Shown: positions 9,744 to 19,605 of the stretch, piece by piece | How positions within the stretch are numbered: the first letter of the stretch is position 1 | How the letters are laid out: each line of letters starts with the position of its first letter | Source of the DNA: an uncultured Mycoplasmatota bacterium | Lineage (GTDB): Bacteria; Bacillota_I; Bacilli_A; RF39; UBA660 | DNA length: 64,000 nt | Direction: 5' to 3' | Assembly: GCA_900543825.1 (NCBI GenBank) | Contig: UQSR01000005.1 | Span: forward strand, 11,122-75,121 | Notes under the pieces: generated by a model | Told to the model about the DNA's origin: nothing | The model's database searches: none | What the model saw: only the letters and a program-made list of their open reading frames with translations | Position numbers and translations under genes: made by a program

Positions 9744-11345
9744 TTATTTTTTAGTTAAATAGCCATTAGTATAATTAGCCATACTAACATCAGTTTTACT
9801 CCAATCGTATGAAACATTGCCTTTTATTTTTTTGCTATCCGTAAACATTTGAGTAGAGTTAGTTACTTTACTTGTATTCCATAAATCAGAAACATATATT
9901 GTATTTAGTTCTGTGCAAAGCATAAATGTTCTATACATATTAGTTACTTTACTAGTATTAAAACTACTTAAATCTAATGTAATAAGTGAAGAACACCTAT
10001 AAAACATATTAGACATATTAGTTACATTTGATGTATTAAAACTACTTAAATTAATATTTACAAGTGTGCTACATTTATTGAACATGTCTGACATATCAGT
10101 TACTTTACTAGTATTAAATCTACTTAAATCTAATGTTGTAAGCGATGAACATTTATAAAACATTGCTGACATAGCAGTTACATTCGATGTATCAAAATTA
10201 CTTAAATTTAATGATTTAAGTGAACTACAGCCATAAAACATATCTATCATACTAGTCACTTTTGATGTATTAAAATTTGATAAATCTATACTTTGCAGAC
10301 TACTACAATTCATAAACATATTAGCAAACATTAAAGCACTACTAGTATTAAAACTGGATAAATCTATTTTCTTTAAATTGTTGCAATCTCTAAACAAATT
10401 ACTAAAGTTAGTTATTCTACTAGTATCAAAACTGGATAAATCTAAGCTTGTAAGTGAACTACATCCTTCAAACATACTAACAAAATATAATAAATTTGGT
10501 GTTTTAAAGCTGCTTAAATCTATTGTTTTTAAATTTGTATCTTGATAAAACATGTATGTCATATTATTAGTGTTAGTTGTATCAGTAAAGTTTAAATTAA
10601 TAGAAGTGACATTACTAAGATAAGAAAATAAGTATTTACTATCATCAGGAAATGTTGTAATTCCACTTTCACTACCAATATATACTTCATACAAATCATT
10701 ACTGTTTGTATCAGTATACCACATCATTATACTACCATCATTATTATTGGATATATCAAAACTGCCTATTGCTGTAGTAGGAACTATATTATCATTAGTT
10801 ATAGTAATAGATTCTATAGTATTTCTTACTATACTTGTATTTAGAAACTTAGTGGTGGTACTTGGATTAGATTCAGCGCCTTTCATAATATTTGCTTTTT
10901 TAATTTTTTGGGTAACTAACGTATTTCCTGATGGTACAATTAAATTACCACCATTTTCATAGCCAAATACTGTATTTAAAGTAACTGTATCATTACTAGT
11001 ACTATTATTTATTAGTTTTAGTTTAACAAATTTATTATCCTTACTGGATATAAGTCCAGTCTCAGGATCTTTAGAGTCTTCATATGCTTTAACAATAATG
11101 TTACTACTTTTATAATCAATACCATATTTAATTATACCATCGTTGGTGTTATTGATTTTATAATATACTATTTTACTACTTTTACTAGGTACATCAATGG
11201 TGTTATTGCTATTAGATAAATTTATTGTATAAGTATTATTAGTGCTAGCTGTATTATTGATAGCAAATGTATTGTAAAGTAAATAAATACCTAATAATAC
11301 AATAATTACAAGTACTGATATAATTAATATTTTCTTTTTATTCAT
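9744..11345 (-). CDS. Secreted surface protein with DUF285/BspA-type (Mycoplasma-type) leucine-rich repeats
   Basis: Signal peptide, then at least 9 tandem ~24-aa units of the form DLSSF(N/D)TS(K/N)VT.M..MF..C..L. Confidence 0.75.
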   Translation of the reverse strand: MNKKKILIISVLVIIVLLGIYLLYNTFAINNTASTNNTYTINLSNSNNTIDVPSKSSKIVYYKINNTNDGIIKYGIDYKSSNIIVKAYEDSKDPETGLISSKDNKFVKLKLINNSTSNDTVTLNTVFGYENGGNLIVPSGNTLVTQKIKKANIMKGAESNPSTTTKFLNTSIVRNTIESITITNDNIVPTTAIGSFDISNNNDGSIMMWYTDTNSNDLYEVYIGSESGITTFPDDSKYLFSYLSNVTSINLNFTDTTNTNNMTYMFYQDTNLKTIDLSSFKTPNLLYFVSMFEGCSSLTSLDLSSFDTSRITNFSNLFRDCNNLKKIDLSSFNTSSALMFANMFMNCSSLQSIDLSNFNTSKVTSMIDMFYGCSSLKSLNLSNFDTSNVTAMSAMFYKCSSLTTLDLSRFNTSKVTDMSDMFNKCSTLVNINLSSFNTSNVTNMSNMFYRCSSLITLDLSSFNTSKVTNMYRTFMLCTELNTIYVSDLWNTSKVTNSTQMFTDSKKIKGNVSYDWSKTDVSMANYTNGYLTKK

Positions 11346-11501
11346 TTTTTCACCACCAAAAAAGATTATGAAAAATTACTAATATTTATATTTTTTCTTT
11401 ATCCTATATAAAAATAGTAACATAAAAGTTAGTTTTTTACAAGTTAGTTTCATTAAATTTTAGAGATTATAAGCTCTAAAATTCTTTTTGAAGACTATAG
11501 G

Positions 11502-11535
11502 CTTCAAAAAACCTCTCACAACAAAGTGTGAGAGG
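11502..11535 (-). terminator. Rho-independent terminator after the 440-aa membrane-protein gene
   Basis: 9-bp stem CCTCTCACA-ACAAAG-TGTGAGAGG followed on the minus strand by TTTTTTGAA. Two further hairpins follow (11458-11480 and 11488-11507). Confidence 0.6.
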
Positions 11536-11541
11536 AATTAT

Positions 11542-12864
11542 TTAATTTAAATTTCCTTCTAGCATTTCTTTAAATTTTAAACAATCATCAATACTATAAT
11601 TACTGATTAAACTTATATTAATAGCATCATCAACACTAATATTTGAACTATTAGTAAATTGTTTTAATTCTTTTAACATAGTAATCATCTTTTTATAGTC
11701 CTCTAAAGTATATGTAGACTTACTAGTATGTGTTTCTTCTATTAAAGTATTATCTTCTTTTTCTGTATCCACTATTGATATAGGTTCTTCTACTAATTCA
11801 GATGGTTCTACTAAACTATCTAATGATATAGTATTATTTGATAATCTTTCTTTAATATTTTTAGCTTTTTCTCTCTTAGTTATTTCTTCTACTGTTACTT
11901 TAGGTTCTTCTATTATAACTTTATTGGGTTTAATAGTAGGTAATACTCGATTTTCATCTATAACATCTTGGAAAGATATATTCTCTGATTTTTTATCTTT
12001 ATATTTCTTTTCATATTCTTCTTGTGGATTTGTTATATTATATTCGATATTTTTATTAGAATTATTATCATAATATATTGCTTTAACTGTTCCATTTAAT
12101 ATATCATTAAATGTTACTTTAGATTCTTTTAAAATATTATCTTCTTTTTCTTTTGTATTAGCACTAGAAGTAACTATAATTTTATCTTTAACCAATACTG
12201 GTTCTTCTACTACTTTATTATTAGATGACTCCTCTAAAGGAATATTATCAATAACTATTTCGTTAGTAGTAGGTACTTTAGTTTTCTTCTTAAGAGTAAT
12301 TCTATCACAAATTATATTTGTTAAATATACTACGATTAACGATAATAACCAAATTATTATCATACTCATATTTAATTCTAATATTACTACTAAATTAGTA
12401 TTAGTGTATAGAGAGTTTACTGAGAAAATGTCTATCTTATTCTTAGCTATGATATTTAGTATTATGGCTAAGAATATATTATTTATAATAAATGCAGTAG
12501 TATTAATTACTTTATAGGTTTTTGGTAATTTTATACTTAGTATGCTCATTATAAATACTACTAATAACAATATTAATGTAGTTATATATAAATATATTGA
12601 TGGGAAATAAATTCCTCTAAAAAATATTGTTGTAAAGTTATCAAAAGTAGTAGATAATATTTTATAATTACTAATAATACTGATACTAAATACTACTATA
12701 AATGATAATATCGTTGATAATATATATTTTTTCTTATTTAATATTTTTACTAAATATAATAATGTAAGTATTATAAGTAATATAGTAAAAATTAGAATTA
12801 TTTTATAATCTAGTAATATATCAAGTAATATTTTTAACTTTTCAAGTATTGTTAAATAGGTCAT
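11542..12864 (-). CDS. Membrane protein (multi-TM N-terminal half, Glu/Lys-rich C-terminal half), unknown function; last gene of the sortase operon
   Basis: Hydrophobic N-terminal ~200 aa, then a charged low-complexity tail. Confidence 0.5.
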   Translation of the reverse strand: MTYLTILEKLKILLDILLDYKIILIFTILLIILTLLYLVKILNKKKYILSTILSFIVVFSISIISNYKILSTTFDNFTTIFFRGIYFPSIYLYITTLILLLVVFIMSILSIKLPKTYKVINTTAFIINNIFLAIILNIIAKNKIDIFSVNSLYTNTNLVVILELNMSMIIIWLLSLIVVYLTNIICDRITLKKKTKVPTTNEIVIDNIPLEESSNNKVVEEPVLVKDKIIVTSSANTKEKEDNILKESKVTFNDILNGTVKAIYYDNNSNKNIEYNITNPQEEYEKKYKDKKSENISFQDVIDENRVLPTIKPNKVIIEEPKVTVEEITKREKAKNIKERLSNNTISLDSLVEPSELVEEPISIVDTEKEDNTLIEETHTSKSTYTLEDYKKMITMLKELKQFTNSSNISVDDAINISLISNYSIDDCLKFKEMLEGNLN

Positions 12865-12891
12865 TTTCTCACCCCCTTTTTATATTATTTT

Positions 12892-13524
12892 TTATTCTTG
12901 ACTTATTAGCTCCGCTATATAGATTGTTTGATGAGTATCATCATCTTTAGTACAGGTAATTAATGTAAGAGTTGTTTTATTTTTATTTCTAAATATTCTT
13001 ACTCGTCCTGTTTTTTCTTCATTATATATATTTGCTATTTTATATATGTATTTGCTATTATTATAATGAATAGTAATTGTATCCTCTTTTTCTAATTTGT
13101 ATAAATTGGCAAAATAACTATTATTATAGTTACCAGAATGTCCCGCTATTATAAGGTTACCATTTGTAACATCAGGATAGCTTGATTCTGGAAGTACATA
13201 TAAATTAAATTTAACATTATTTAGATTTGATGTTTTATCATAAAATCCTTTATATAAACTAATTTTTGGAATATCTATTATTCCTAAATATTCTTCATAA
13301 GTGTAATCATTATTTTCTTCTTTTTGATTTTCATTTGTAGCTTCTTCATCAGTAGTAGTTGTTGCTTGACTTTCTGTAGTATCTACATTTGATAAAGCTA
13401 AATTCATTTCACTAAATACAACATCCCTTTTATCTTTTATATAATCAGATAGCAAAACGAGAGTACCACTTATAACAAGTATTACTCCCGCTGCAATCTG
13501 GTATTTTAAATTATATTTCCCCAT
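12892..13524 (-). CDS. Sortase (class B-like transpeptidase)
   Basis: N-terminal TM anchor, AGHS active-site His context and the TLITC catalytic Cys motif. Overlaps the upstream pilin-like gene by 14 nt. Confidence 0.75.
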   Translation of the reverse strand: MGKYNLKYQIAAGVILVISGTLVLLSDYIKDKRDVVFSEMNLALSNVDTTESQATTTTDEEATNENQKEENNDYTYEEYLGIIDIPKISLYKGFYDKTSNLNNVKFNLYVLPESSYPDVTNGNLIIAGHSGNYNNSYFANLYKLEKEDTITIHYNNSKYIYKIANIYNEEKTGRVRIFRNKNKTTLTLITCTKDDDTHQTIYIAELISQE

Positions 13525-15115
13525 TATTCTTTTTATAGTTTCTGTATATTAATGCAGAACCTAGTCCTATAATAAGTAAACCTATTAAGGATGTTGTAAT
13601 TGTTTTAAATGTTCCTGTACTTGGAACTTCAACAGTTTCAGGTTTGTTATACATAATTACATCACCATCTACTGTTCCATCTTCATTTACTGTAAATGTT
13701 ATTGTTTCTTTAGATAATTCATAACCTTCTGGAGCTAAAACCTCAGTTAATGTATATTTACCAGGTTCAAGTCCTTCGATAACATGTGGTTCATTAGTAG
13801 AAACCCAAGCTTCTATTAACTCGCCTTTCTCATTTCTAAGCTCTAGTTTTGCTCCTGGAAGTTCTTCACCAGTAGTAAAATCTTTTTTACTAATTAATAC
13901 TGACTTCTTAGGTGAGTTATACATAACTACTTTTCCATCTACTGTTCCGTCTTCTTTAACAACGAAAGTAACAGTCTCAGTACTTAATTTATAACCTTCT
14001 GGAGCCATTTCTTCAGTTAATGTATATTTACCAGGTTTTAATCCTTCAATAACATGTGATTCTTCAGTAGATGTCCAAGAATCAACAATATTTCCTTTTT
14101 CGTCTTTTACTGTAAGTTTTGCACCTGGTAACTCTTCACCTGTAGTTGCATCTTGCTTACTGATAACTACTTTTGATATTTTTTCAATATTTAATTTTAC
14201 TGAATCATTAACATATTTTGTTTCTGGATATATTGTAGCAGTTGTTTGGAATCTTGAATGAGTTGGTGTATATAAATATGCTTTATTAATTGTTCCTGAA
14301 CCACTTACTACTACAGAAAATTCTGTTGATAATTGATTGATACTTTTTACTGGTACTTGTACATAGAAAGTTAATCCTTTAGTAAATTTGCTTCCATCTT
14401 TATTAACTATAGTTGTTCCTTCAGGAGCATTTGATGGTTTAATACTATAATCTCCTGTTGTTCCTGATGCTGATATTGTAATTGCATCACTTCTATAATA
14501 TTTTCCATCTTCTGTTAAATGTAATTTATTGCTTTCGGCATTTAATTTTAGAGTTGGATCAGTATAAGAGTAAGATGCTGCTCCTGATACTAATTTATTT
14601 ATCCATTGTACTGCGGTATTACTTTGACCACGATATGTACCATTTGCTATATCAAAATTAGCAAAAATACTATCACTTGGATTAATTAGGTACCAAATAG
14701 CTAAACCAGTAATATAATAATCTTCATCATTATTACCAGTTAAACTCTTATTTGGATAACCGTTTTCCATTACGTATGCATATTTTGCATCTAGTTCTTC
14801 ACTTAAATAATATGTTTCTGTTCCATCTACAACGTCATTTTTTCTTTGCATACAATAAATAACTTTACCATCTGAATTAACCTTATAATAGAAGTGATAA
14901 TTCATTCCTGGAAAATAGTCTCCTCCTGATAATCTATGTAAGTCTCTAAATCTAACTGTATAACTACCAGGGGCAGTTGATTCGGCATTTACTGTTATTC
15001 CTAAAACGGATACTAATGCCACTAATAATGTAAATAAAATTTTTTTGAATTTCATGATATAAAACCTCCCTTTGAAATTGCTTAATATATTATCACTTTT
15101 TCTGTGTTTTGTCAA
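13511..15115 (-). CDS. Sortase-anchored surface protein with tandem Cna-B/SpaA-type (prealbumin-fold) domains
   Basis: Signal peptide and two ~88-aa near-identical repeats (ISKQDATTGEELPGAKLTVKDEKGN... and ISKKDFTTGEELPGAKLELRNEKGE...). The C-terminus has VPSTG, then a hydrophobic TM segment and a basic tail. Confidence 0.75.
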   Translation of the reverse strand: MTKHRKSDNILSNFKGRFYIMKFKKILFTLLVALVSVLGITVNAESTAPGSYTVRFRDLHRLSGGDYFPGMNYHFYYKVNSDGKVIYCMQRKNDVVDGTETYYLSEELDAKYAYVMENGYPNKSLTGNNDEDYYITGLAIWYLINPSDSIFANFDIANGTYRGQSNTAVQWINKLVSGAASYSYTDPTLKLNAESNKLHLTEDGKYYRSDAITISASGTTGDYSIKPSNAPEGTTIVNKDGSKFTKGLTFYVQVPVKSINQLSTEFSVVVSGSGTINKAYLYTPTHSRFQTTATIYPETKYVNDSVKLNIEKISKVVISKQDATTGEELPGAKLTVKDEKGNIVDSWTSTEESHVIEGLKPGKYTLTEEMAPEGYKLSTETVTFVVKEDGTVDGKVVMYNSPKKSVLISKKDFTTGEELPGAKLELRNEKGELIEAWVSTNEPHVIEGLEPGKYTLTEVLAPEGYELSKETITFTVNEDGTVDGDVIMYNKPETVEVPSTGTFKTITTSLIGLLIIGLGSALIYRNYKKNNGEI

Positions 15116-15233
15116 TATTTTGATACCTATTACGATAATATTCTTTCATTTATATTTTATTCTTTTTAAATATATTTTTATGCCTTCTTCGCCTTGTGCT
15201 GAATATAATAGCAATTTTTTACTAAAAAGTCAA

Positions 15234-15269
15234 GTTTATATAAAAAATGGATGCTATTTACATCCATTT
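15234..15269 (-). terminator. Rho-independent (bidirectional-looking) terminator after the SPFH gene
   Basis: 9-bp stem AAATGGATG-CTATTTA-CATCCATTT with T-runs on both sides. Confidence 0.5.
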
Positions 15270-15274
15270 GAATT

Positions 15275-16177
15275 TTATTTTTTCTTATCAATCATTTCAT
15301 TTATTACTGTGCCAAAAGTAGCTATGTTTTGCATATCTGATGGTACTATTATCTTTGTTGATTGTCCTTCTGCTAATTTTTCTAATGCTTCATAACTCTT
15401 TAATGTTAAAACTGATGTATCTGCTTTTGCTTCTCTTAATAGTTTTATACCATCAGCTTCAGCCTTCTTTATTTTTAGTAATGCTTCTGCTTCTCCTTCG
15501 GCCATTTTTATTTGAGCTTCTTTTTGCGCTTCTGCTTTTAATATGGCTGATTCTTTTTCACCTTCGGCAATTAAGATACTAGATTTCTTTTCGCCTTCAG
15601 CTTGAAGTATTTTTTCTCTTCTTTCTCTTTCTGCTCGCATTTGTTTTTCCATAGCCTCTTGAATATCCCTTGGTGGTAAAATATTTTTTACTTCTACTCT
15701 GTTTACTTTTATGCCCCATGGATCGGTAGCTTCATCTAAAATACTTCTCATTTTAGAATTTATAATATCTCTTGAAGTTAGAGTTTGGTCAAGTTCTAAT
15801 TCTCCAATGATATTTCTAAGTGTTGTAGCGGTTAAATTTTCTATAGCACTTATTGGTGATTCTATTCCATAAGTATATAGTTTTGGATCTGTAATTTGAA
15901 AATATACTACAGTATCTATTTGCATTGTAACATTATCTTTAGTTATTACTGGTTGTGGAGCAAAATCTTTTACTATTTCTTTTAAAGTAACTTTGTTAGA
16001 TATTCTATCTATAAATGGTATTTTGAAATGTAGTCCATTTTGCCATGTAGTTAAGTAACTTCCTAATCTTTCTATTACATATTCTCTTGCTTGTGGTACG
16101 ATAATAACGTTTGGTATAACGAATAATACCACTAAAATTAAAATAATAATTAATACATTCATATTTAATCCTCCCAT
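15275..16177 (-). CDS. SPFH/band-7 (stomatin/HflK-like) membrane protein
   Basis: N-terminal TM, SPFH domain and a C-terminal Ala/Glu/Lys coiled-coil (EAQ..AEGEAEA repeats). Confidence 0.8.
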   Translation of the reverse strand: MGGLNMNVLIIILILVVLFVIPNVIIVPQAREYVIERLGSYLTTWQNGLHFKIPFIDRISNKVTLKEIVKDFAPQPVITKDNVTMQIDTVVYFQITDPKLYTYGIESPISAIENLTATTLRNIIGELELDQTLTSRDIINSKMRSILDEATDPWGIKVNRVEVKNILPPRDIQEAMEKQMRAERERREKILQAEGEKKSSILIAEGEKESAILKAEAQKEAQIKMAEGEAEALLKIKKAEADGIKLLREAKADTSVLTLKSYEALEKLAEGQSTKIIVPSDMQNIATFGTVINEMIDKKK

Positions 16178-16590
16178 TTTTCTACTTTTAGTTTTACACT
16201 ATCTATAGATAATACTTTTATGTATTCTCCTTTAGAAATATTACTACTACTATAAGCTGACCAAAGCTTACCATCTACTTTTACTTCTCCAATATCATTT
16301 TTGGTGATATCAGAAGTAACTACTCCTTTCATACCAATAATTCGATCTAGATTAGTGCAAACTTTTTTAGTATTAATTTTTTTATATATACTCTTACTAA
16401 TAGGCATTAATATAACACCCACTATTACAAATACTCCTATTTGAATATATAGATTATCTGTAAAAAGAGATATAATCATTGTTAATATTCCACTTATAAC
16501 AAACCAGATACTTATTAGATTTGTTGTTATAACTTCTAATATTCCTAATAGTACTACTATTAAAAGCCATATATATAACATATTTACCAC
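16165..16590 (-). CDS. NfeD-like membrane protein (short form), partner of the SPFH protein
   Basis: Two to three N-terminal TM helices plus a C-terminal OB-fold-like beta region; 13-nt overlap with the downstream SPFH gene. Confidence 0.7.
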   Translation of the reverse strand: MVNMLYIWLLIVVLLGILEVITTNLISIWFVISGILTMIISLFTDNLYIQIGVFVIVGVILMPISKSIYKKINTKKVCTNLDRIIGMKGVVTSDITKNDIGEVKVDGKLWSAYSSSNISKGEYIKVLSIDSVKLKVEKWED

Positions 16591-16716
16591 CTACCTATTT
16601 ATATGTTAATTATATGTATTTATTTCCTTTCTTTTATTATAACAGAATATTATTATTTATTCTATATTTATTTACAATATTTTTAATCTTTGTTATAATT
16701 GTTATGGAGGATGAAT

Positions 16717-17427
16717 ATGGGGACAGATTATATTAGTTTTTTATTTCAAATTATGGCTTGTTTTTTACTTAGTGCATGCATTGGTGTTGAAAGACAATAT
16801 AGAAGAAGAAACGTTGGTCTTAGAACTATTATTTTAGTAAGTTTAGGTTCTTTTCTATTTGTTAGGTTTTCTTTTGCTTTTCCAAAGTCAGATATGACGA
16901 GAGTGGCCGCTCAAGTAGTAGCTGGTATTGGTTTTTTGGGAGCTGGAGTAATCATAAAGGATGATAAATCTGTTAAGGGACTTACTACTGCTGCTACGCT
17001 ATGGTGTAGTGCTGCTATTGGTATTCTTTGCTCAGCTAACTTAATTTTTGAGGCTGCTATTGGTACAGTACTTATACTATTTACTAATATTATCTTAAGA
17101 AGCGTCAATAGTAAAATTAATTTTTTAAGTGGTAATGTTAATTATAATTTATATCATTATACTATTGTTTGTGAGGAAAAAAACGATAGTAGTTTACTTA
17201 AAATTATTAAAGAAATAGTACGAAAATATAAAATTTCTATTAAAAGTTTAGAAACAAATGATTTAGAAAATGGTAATGTAAAAATATCGCTTTGTATATT
17301 AAGTAATTGTGCTAATGATAGTTTTAGTAGTGAAATTATGCAGAAGTTATCTGAAAGACGTGATGTTATTTCTATATCACTTAATAAGGAAGATGGAAAG
17401 TTTTTATACGAAGAAGAGGAATTATAA
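16717..17427 (+). CDS. MgtC/SapB-family membrane protein
   Basis: LSACIGVERQYRRRNVGLRT MgtC motif. Start chosen at the ATG with a GGAGG RBS 6 nt upstream, a TTATAAT -10 lies just upstream, and the ORF-track TTG start at 16699 is less likely. Confidence 0.7.
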   Translation: MGTDYISFLFQIMACFLLSACIGVERQYRRRNVGLRTIILVSLGSFLFVRFSFAFPKSDMTRVAAQVVAGIGFLGAGVIIKDDKSVKGLTTAATLWCSAAIGILCSANLIFEAAIGTVLILFTNIILRSVNSKINFLSGNVNYNLYHYTIVCEEKNDSSLLKIIKEIVRKYKISIKSLETNDLENGNVKISLCILSNCANDSFSSEIMQKLSERRDVISISLNKEDGKFLYEEEEL

Positions 17428-17440
17428 AAATATCTAGTAT

Positions 17441-18121
17441 TTATAATTTAATAATACTAGATATTTTTTTTATTACTTTTTTTTCTATTCTGGATATGTA
17501 TGATTGTGAAATGCCTAACATATTTGCCACCTCTTTTTGAGTCATTTCTTTTTTTCCATTTAAACCATATCTTAATTCTATTATTTCTCTATCGCGGTCT
17601 TCTAATTTTGATACTTCTTGATACATCATATACTTATCTAATTCTTCTTCAATAGGTTTAGTAACTATATCATTGTCAGTACCTAGGACGTCCTCTAAAT
17701 GTAATTCATTTCCTTCTGAATCAAAGGATAGTGAATCTTCAAATGATACTTCAGTTCTTTTTCTTTTAGTTTTTCTTAAATACATTAGTATTTCATTATC
17801 TATGCATCTAGAAGCATAAGTTGCTAGTTTAATGTTTTTATCATTTTGATAGGTGTTTACTCCTTTTATTAAACCTATCGTACCAATAGATACTAAGTCT
17901 TCTAAATCTATTTTTGTGTTTTCATATTTTTTTGCTAAAAAAACTACTAATCTTAGGTTGTGTTCTATGAGTTTATCTCTTGCTTTCATATCTCCATTTA
18001 AAAAGAGATTTATATATTTTTCTTCTTCCTCTTTTTCTAGTGGTTCTGGTAAAATATCTGTACTTCCAACGTAGAATAAGTAATTTAATTTACTAAATAT
18101 TTTTCTTAATAATTTTAACAT
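17441..18121 (-). CDS. sigE: Sporulation sigma factor sigma-E precursor (pro-sigma-E)
   Basis: N-terminal pro-sequence, then YVGSTDILPEPL and NLRLVVFLAKKYENTKIDLEDLVSIGTIGLIKGVNTY, and KLATYASRCIDNEILMYLRK. This aligns closely with Bacillus SigE and follows spoIIGA directly. Confidence 0.85.
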   Translation of the reverse strand: MLKLLRKIFSKLNYLFYVGSTDILPEPLEKEEEEKYINLFLNGDMKARDKLIEHNLRLVVFLAKKYENTKIDLEDLVSIGTIGLIKGVNTYQNDKNIKLATYASRCIDNEILMYLRKTKRKRTEVSFEDSLSFDSEGNELHLEDVLGTDNDIVTKPIEEELDKYMMYQEVSKLEDRDREIIELRYGLNGKKEMTQKEVANMLGISQSYISRIEKKVIKKISSIIKL

Positions 18122-18125
18122 GTTA

Positions 18126-18866
18126 TCACCCTTTCATTAAGTCTTTATGTAACAATACTTCGACACCATTTATTGTACTAGGACTAGAAGAGAATGCCAC
18201 TAGTAAATTGTTTTTATACCCTATTTTTTCAATATATACTTTTTCAGGCTTTATACATTTTAGTAGTCCTTCTCCATTAATTGTATGATATGGTACTAGA
18301 ATAAATTTATCTTCTTTTTGATACTTTTTGTCTACGAGAATTATTGGTCTTTTTTTATATGGATCATATAAATTGTTTCCGGTATCTAGAAATCCTATTA
18401 ATGATATTTTTTCTTTATCTTTAAAATATATGTCTACTTTATAATAATTATTATAAGTGTTTTTTATTTTCTTATTTTCTTTTATATATAGTGTCATTAC
18501 TTCAATAGATAGTACTATTATTACTAAGTAATTTAAATAGATATTTAATGTTACCTTGGAATTGAACAAATATATTAGTCCTCCTAATAAGATGCTTAGT
18601 ATGTATGTATATAGGATATTGGTTAAGAAATATCTTATATTTTTATACTTAAATGCTATTGTTACCATTAGTATTATGGTTATTAGTTCTAATAATAATC
18701 TATTTATACTTGTAAATAACATAAGAGATGATAATCCTCCTAATAAAGATGATATTAGTATTCGTTTATAGGTAGTATTTCTTTTTAATAATATACTTAC
18801 AGAGGTTATGATTATTATATCCATAATGGTATTAAATAAAAAAAATAAATCAATATATATTCTCAT
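18126..18866 (-). CDS. spoIIGA: Sigma-E processing aspartic protease SpoIIGA
   Basis: Multi-TM N-terminal half; C-terminal FLDTGNNLYDP aspartic-protease motif (cf. DSGN in Bacillus SpoIIGA); position immediately upstream of sigE. Confidence 0.7.
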   Translation of the reverse strand: MRIYIDLFFLFNTIMDIIIITSVSILLKRNTTYKRILISSLLGGLSSLMLFTSINRLLLELITIILMVTIAFKYKNIRYFLTNILYTYILSILLGGLIYLFNSKVTLNIYLNYLVIIVLSIEVMTLYIKENKKIKNTYNNYYKVDIYFKDKEKISLIGFLDTGNNLYDPYKKRPIILVDKKYQKEDKFILVPYHTINGEGLLKCIKPEKVYIEKIGYKNNLLVAFSSSPSTINGVEVLLHKDLMKG

Positions 18867-18913
18867 ATATTGATTATAAAAAAAAGAATATAAATATTTT
18901 GTCGATTTATATT

Positions 18914-19129
18914 CTATTCAAATACTTTATTTTCGTCTCCAGCGCAATATCCCTCTCCGATTTTTTTGCCTTCAACATATTCTTTACCAGAAATATTACA
19001 GCCCATTTTAGTAACGGCATCTTGAAGATAGCCTCCAAATGCCTTTACTGCTCCTATTGCTATTACAGTAATTAAGGATATGATAAGTACATACTCTACA
19101 AGGGTTTGTCCTTTTCTATTTAACTTCAT
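18914..19129 (-). CDS. Flp/Fap-type (type IVb-like) pilin
   Basis: 71 aa. Leader MKLNRKGQTLVEYVLIISLITVIAIGAV matches the Flp G/xxxxEY processing motif followed by a hydrophobic helix. Confidence 0.5.
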   Translation of the reverse strand: MKLNRKGQTLVEYVLIISLITVIAIGAVKAFGGYLQDAVTKMGCNISGKEYVEGKKIGEGYCAGDENKVFE

Positions 19130-19198
19130 ATTTCCACCTCACGTATTATTAAATATATCTAAGATAATTGTACTATATTTTTTTGAATATTGCAAGTA

Positions 19199-19591
19199 CT
19201 ATTGACAATTATAATCAAAGTCATATGTAAATTGTTTAGTTTGACAATTAAATGTTACAGATACTTCTTTGTTTGTTAAATCATCATTATTTATTGGATT
19301 TTTTATATCACCATCTATTTTTCCAGCCTCTATTAGTTTAGATATAGAAATTTTTATGGTATTTGATATAGGAATTTCTATGTTTTTATCACAAGTGAAA
19401 CCTAAATCATATTTATTTTCATTTACATAGAGCTTAGTGGCACTAATGATATTCTTTTTTAAACTTTCACATGATTTTTGTTTATTTATAGATATCATAT
19501 TGATTACATTAGGAACTAAAATCATGGATATTATTGCAATTATGGCTATTACCATTAATAACTCTATTAAAGTAAATCCTTTTTTATTCAT
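19199..19591 (-). CDS. Prepilin-type (ComGC/PilE-like) pseudopilin
   Basis: MNKKGFTLIELLMVIAIIAIISMIL is a class-III signal (G|FTLIE with Glu5); 130 aa with a Cys pair near the C-terminus; AGGAG RBS. Confidence 0.6.
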   Translation of the reverse strand: MNKKGFTLIELLMVIAIIAIISMILVPNVINMISINKQKSCESLKKNIISATKLYVNENKYDLGFTCDKNIEIPISNTIKISISKLIEAGKIDGDIKNPINNDDLTNKEVSVTFNCQTKQFTYDFDYNCQ

Positions 19592-19605
19592 AAATACTCC
19601 TATTC

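Noticed and set aside
9950-10500. Periodic ~72-bp repeats as a CRISPR array
   Set aside because: The repeats are in-frame coding repeats of the DUF285 LRR protein. They have no unique spacers and no cas genes, and no CRISPR array is seen anywhere in the window.
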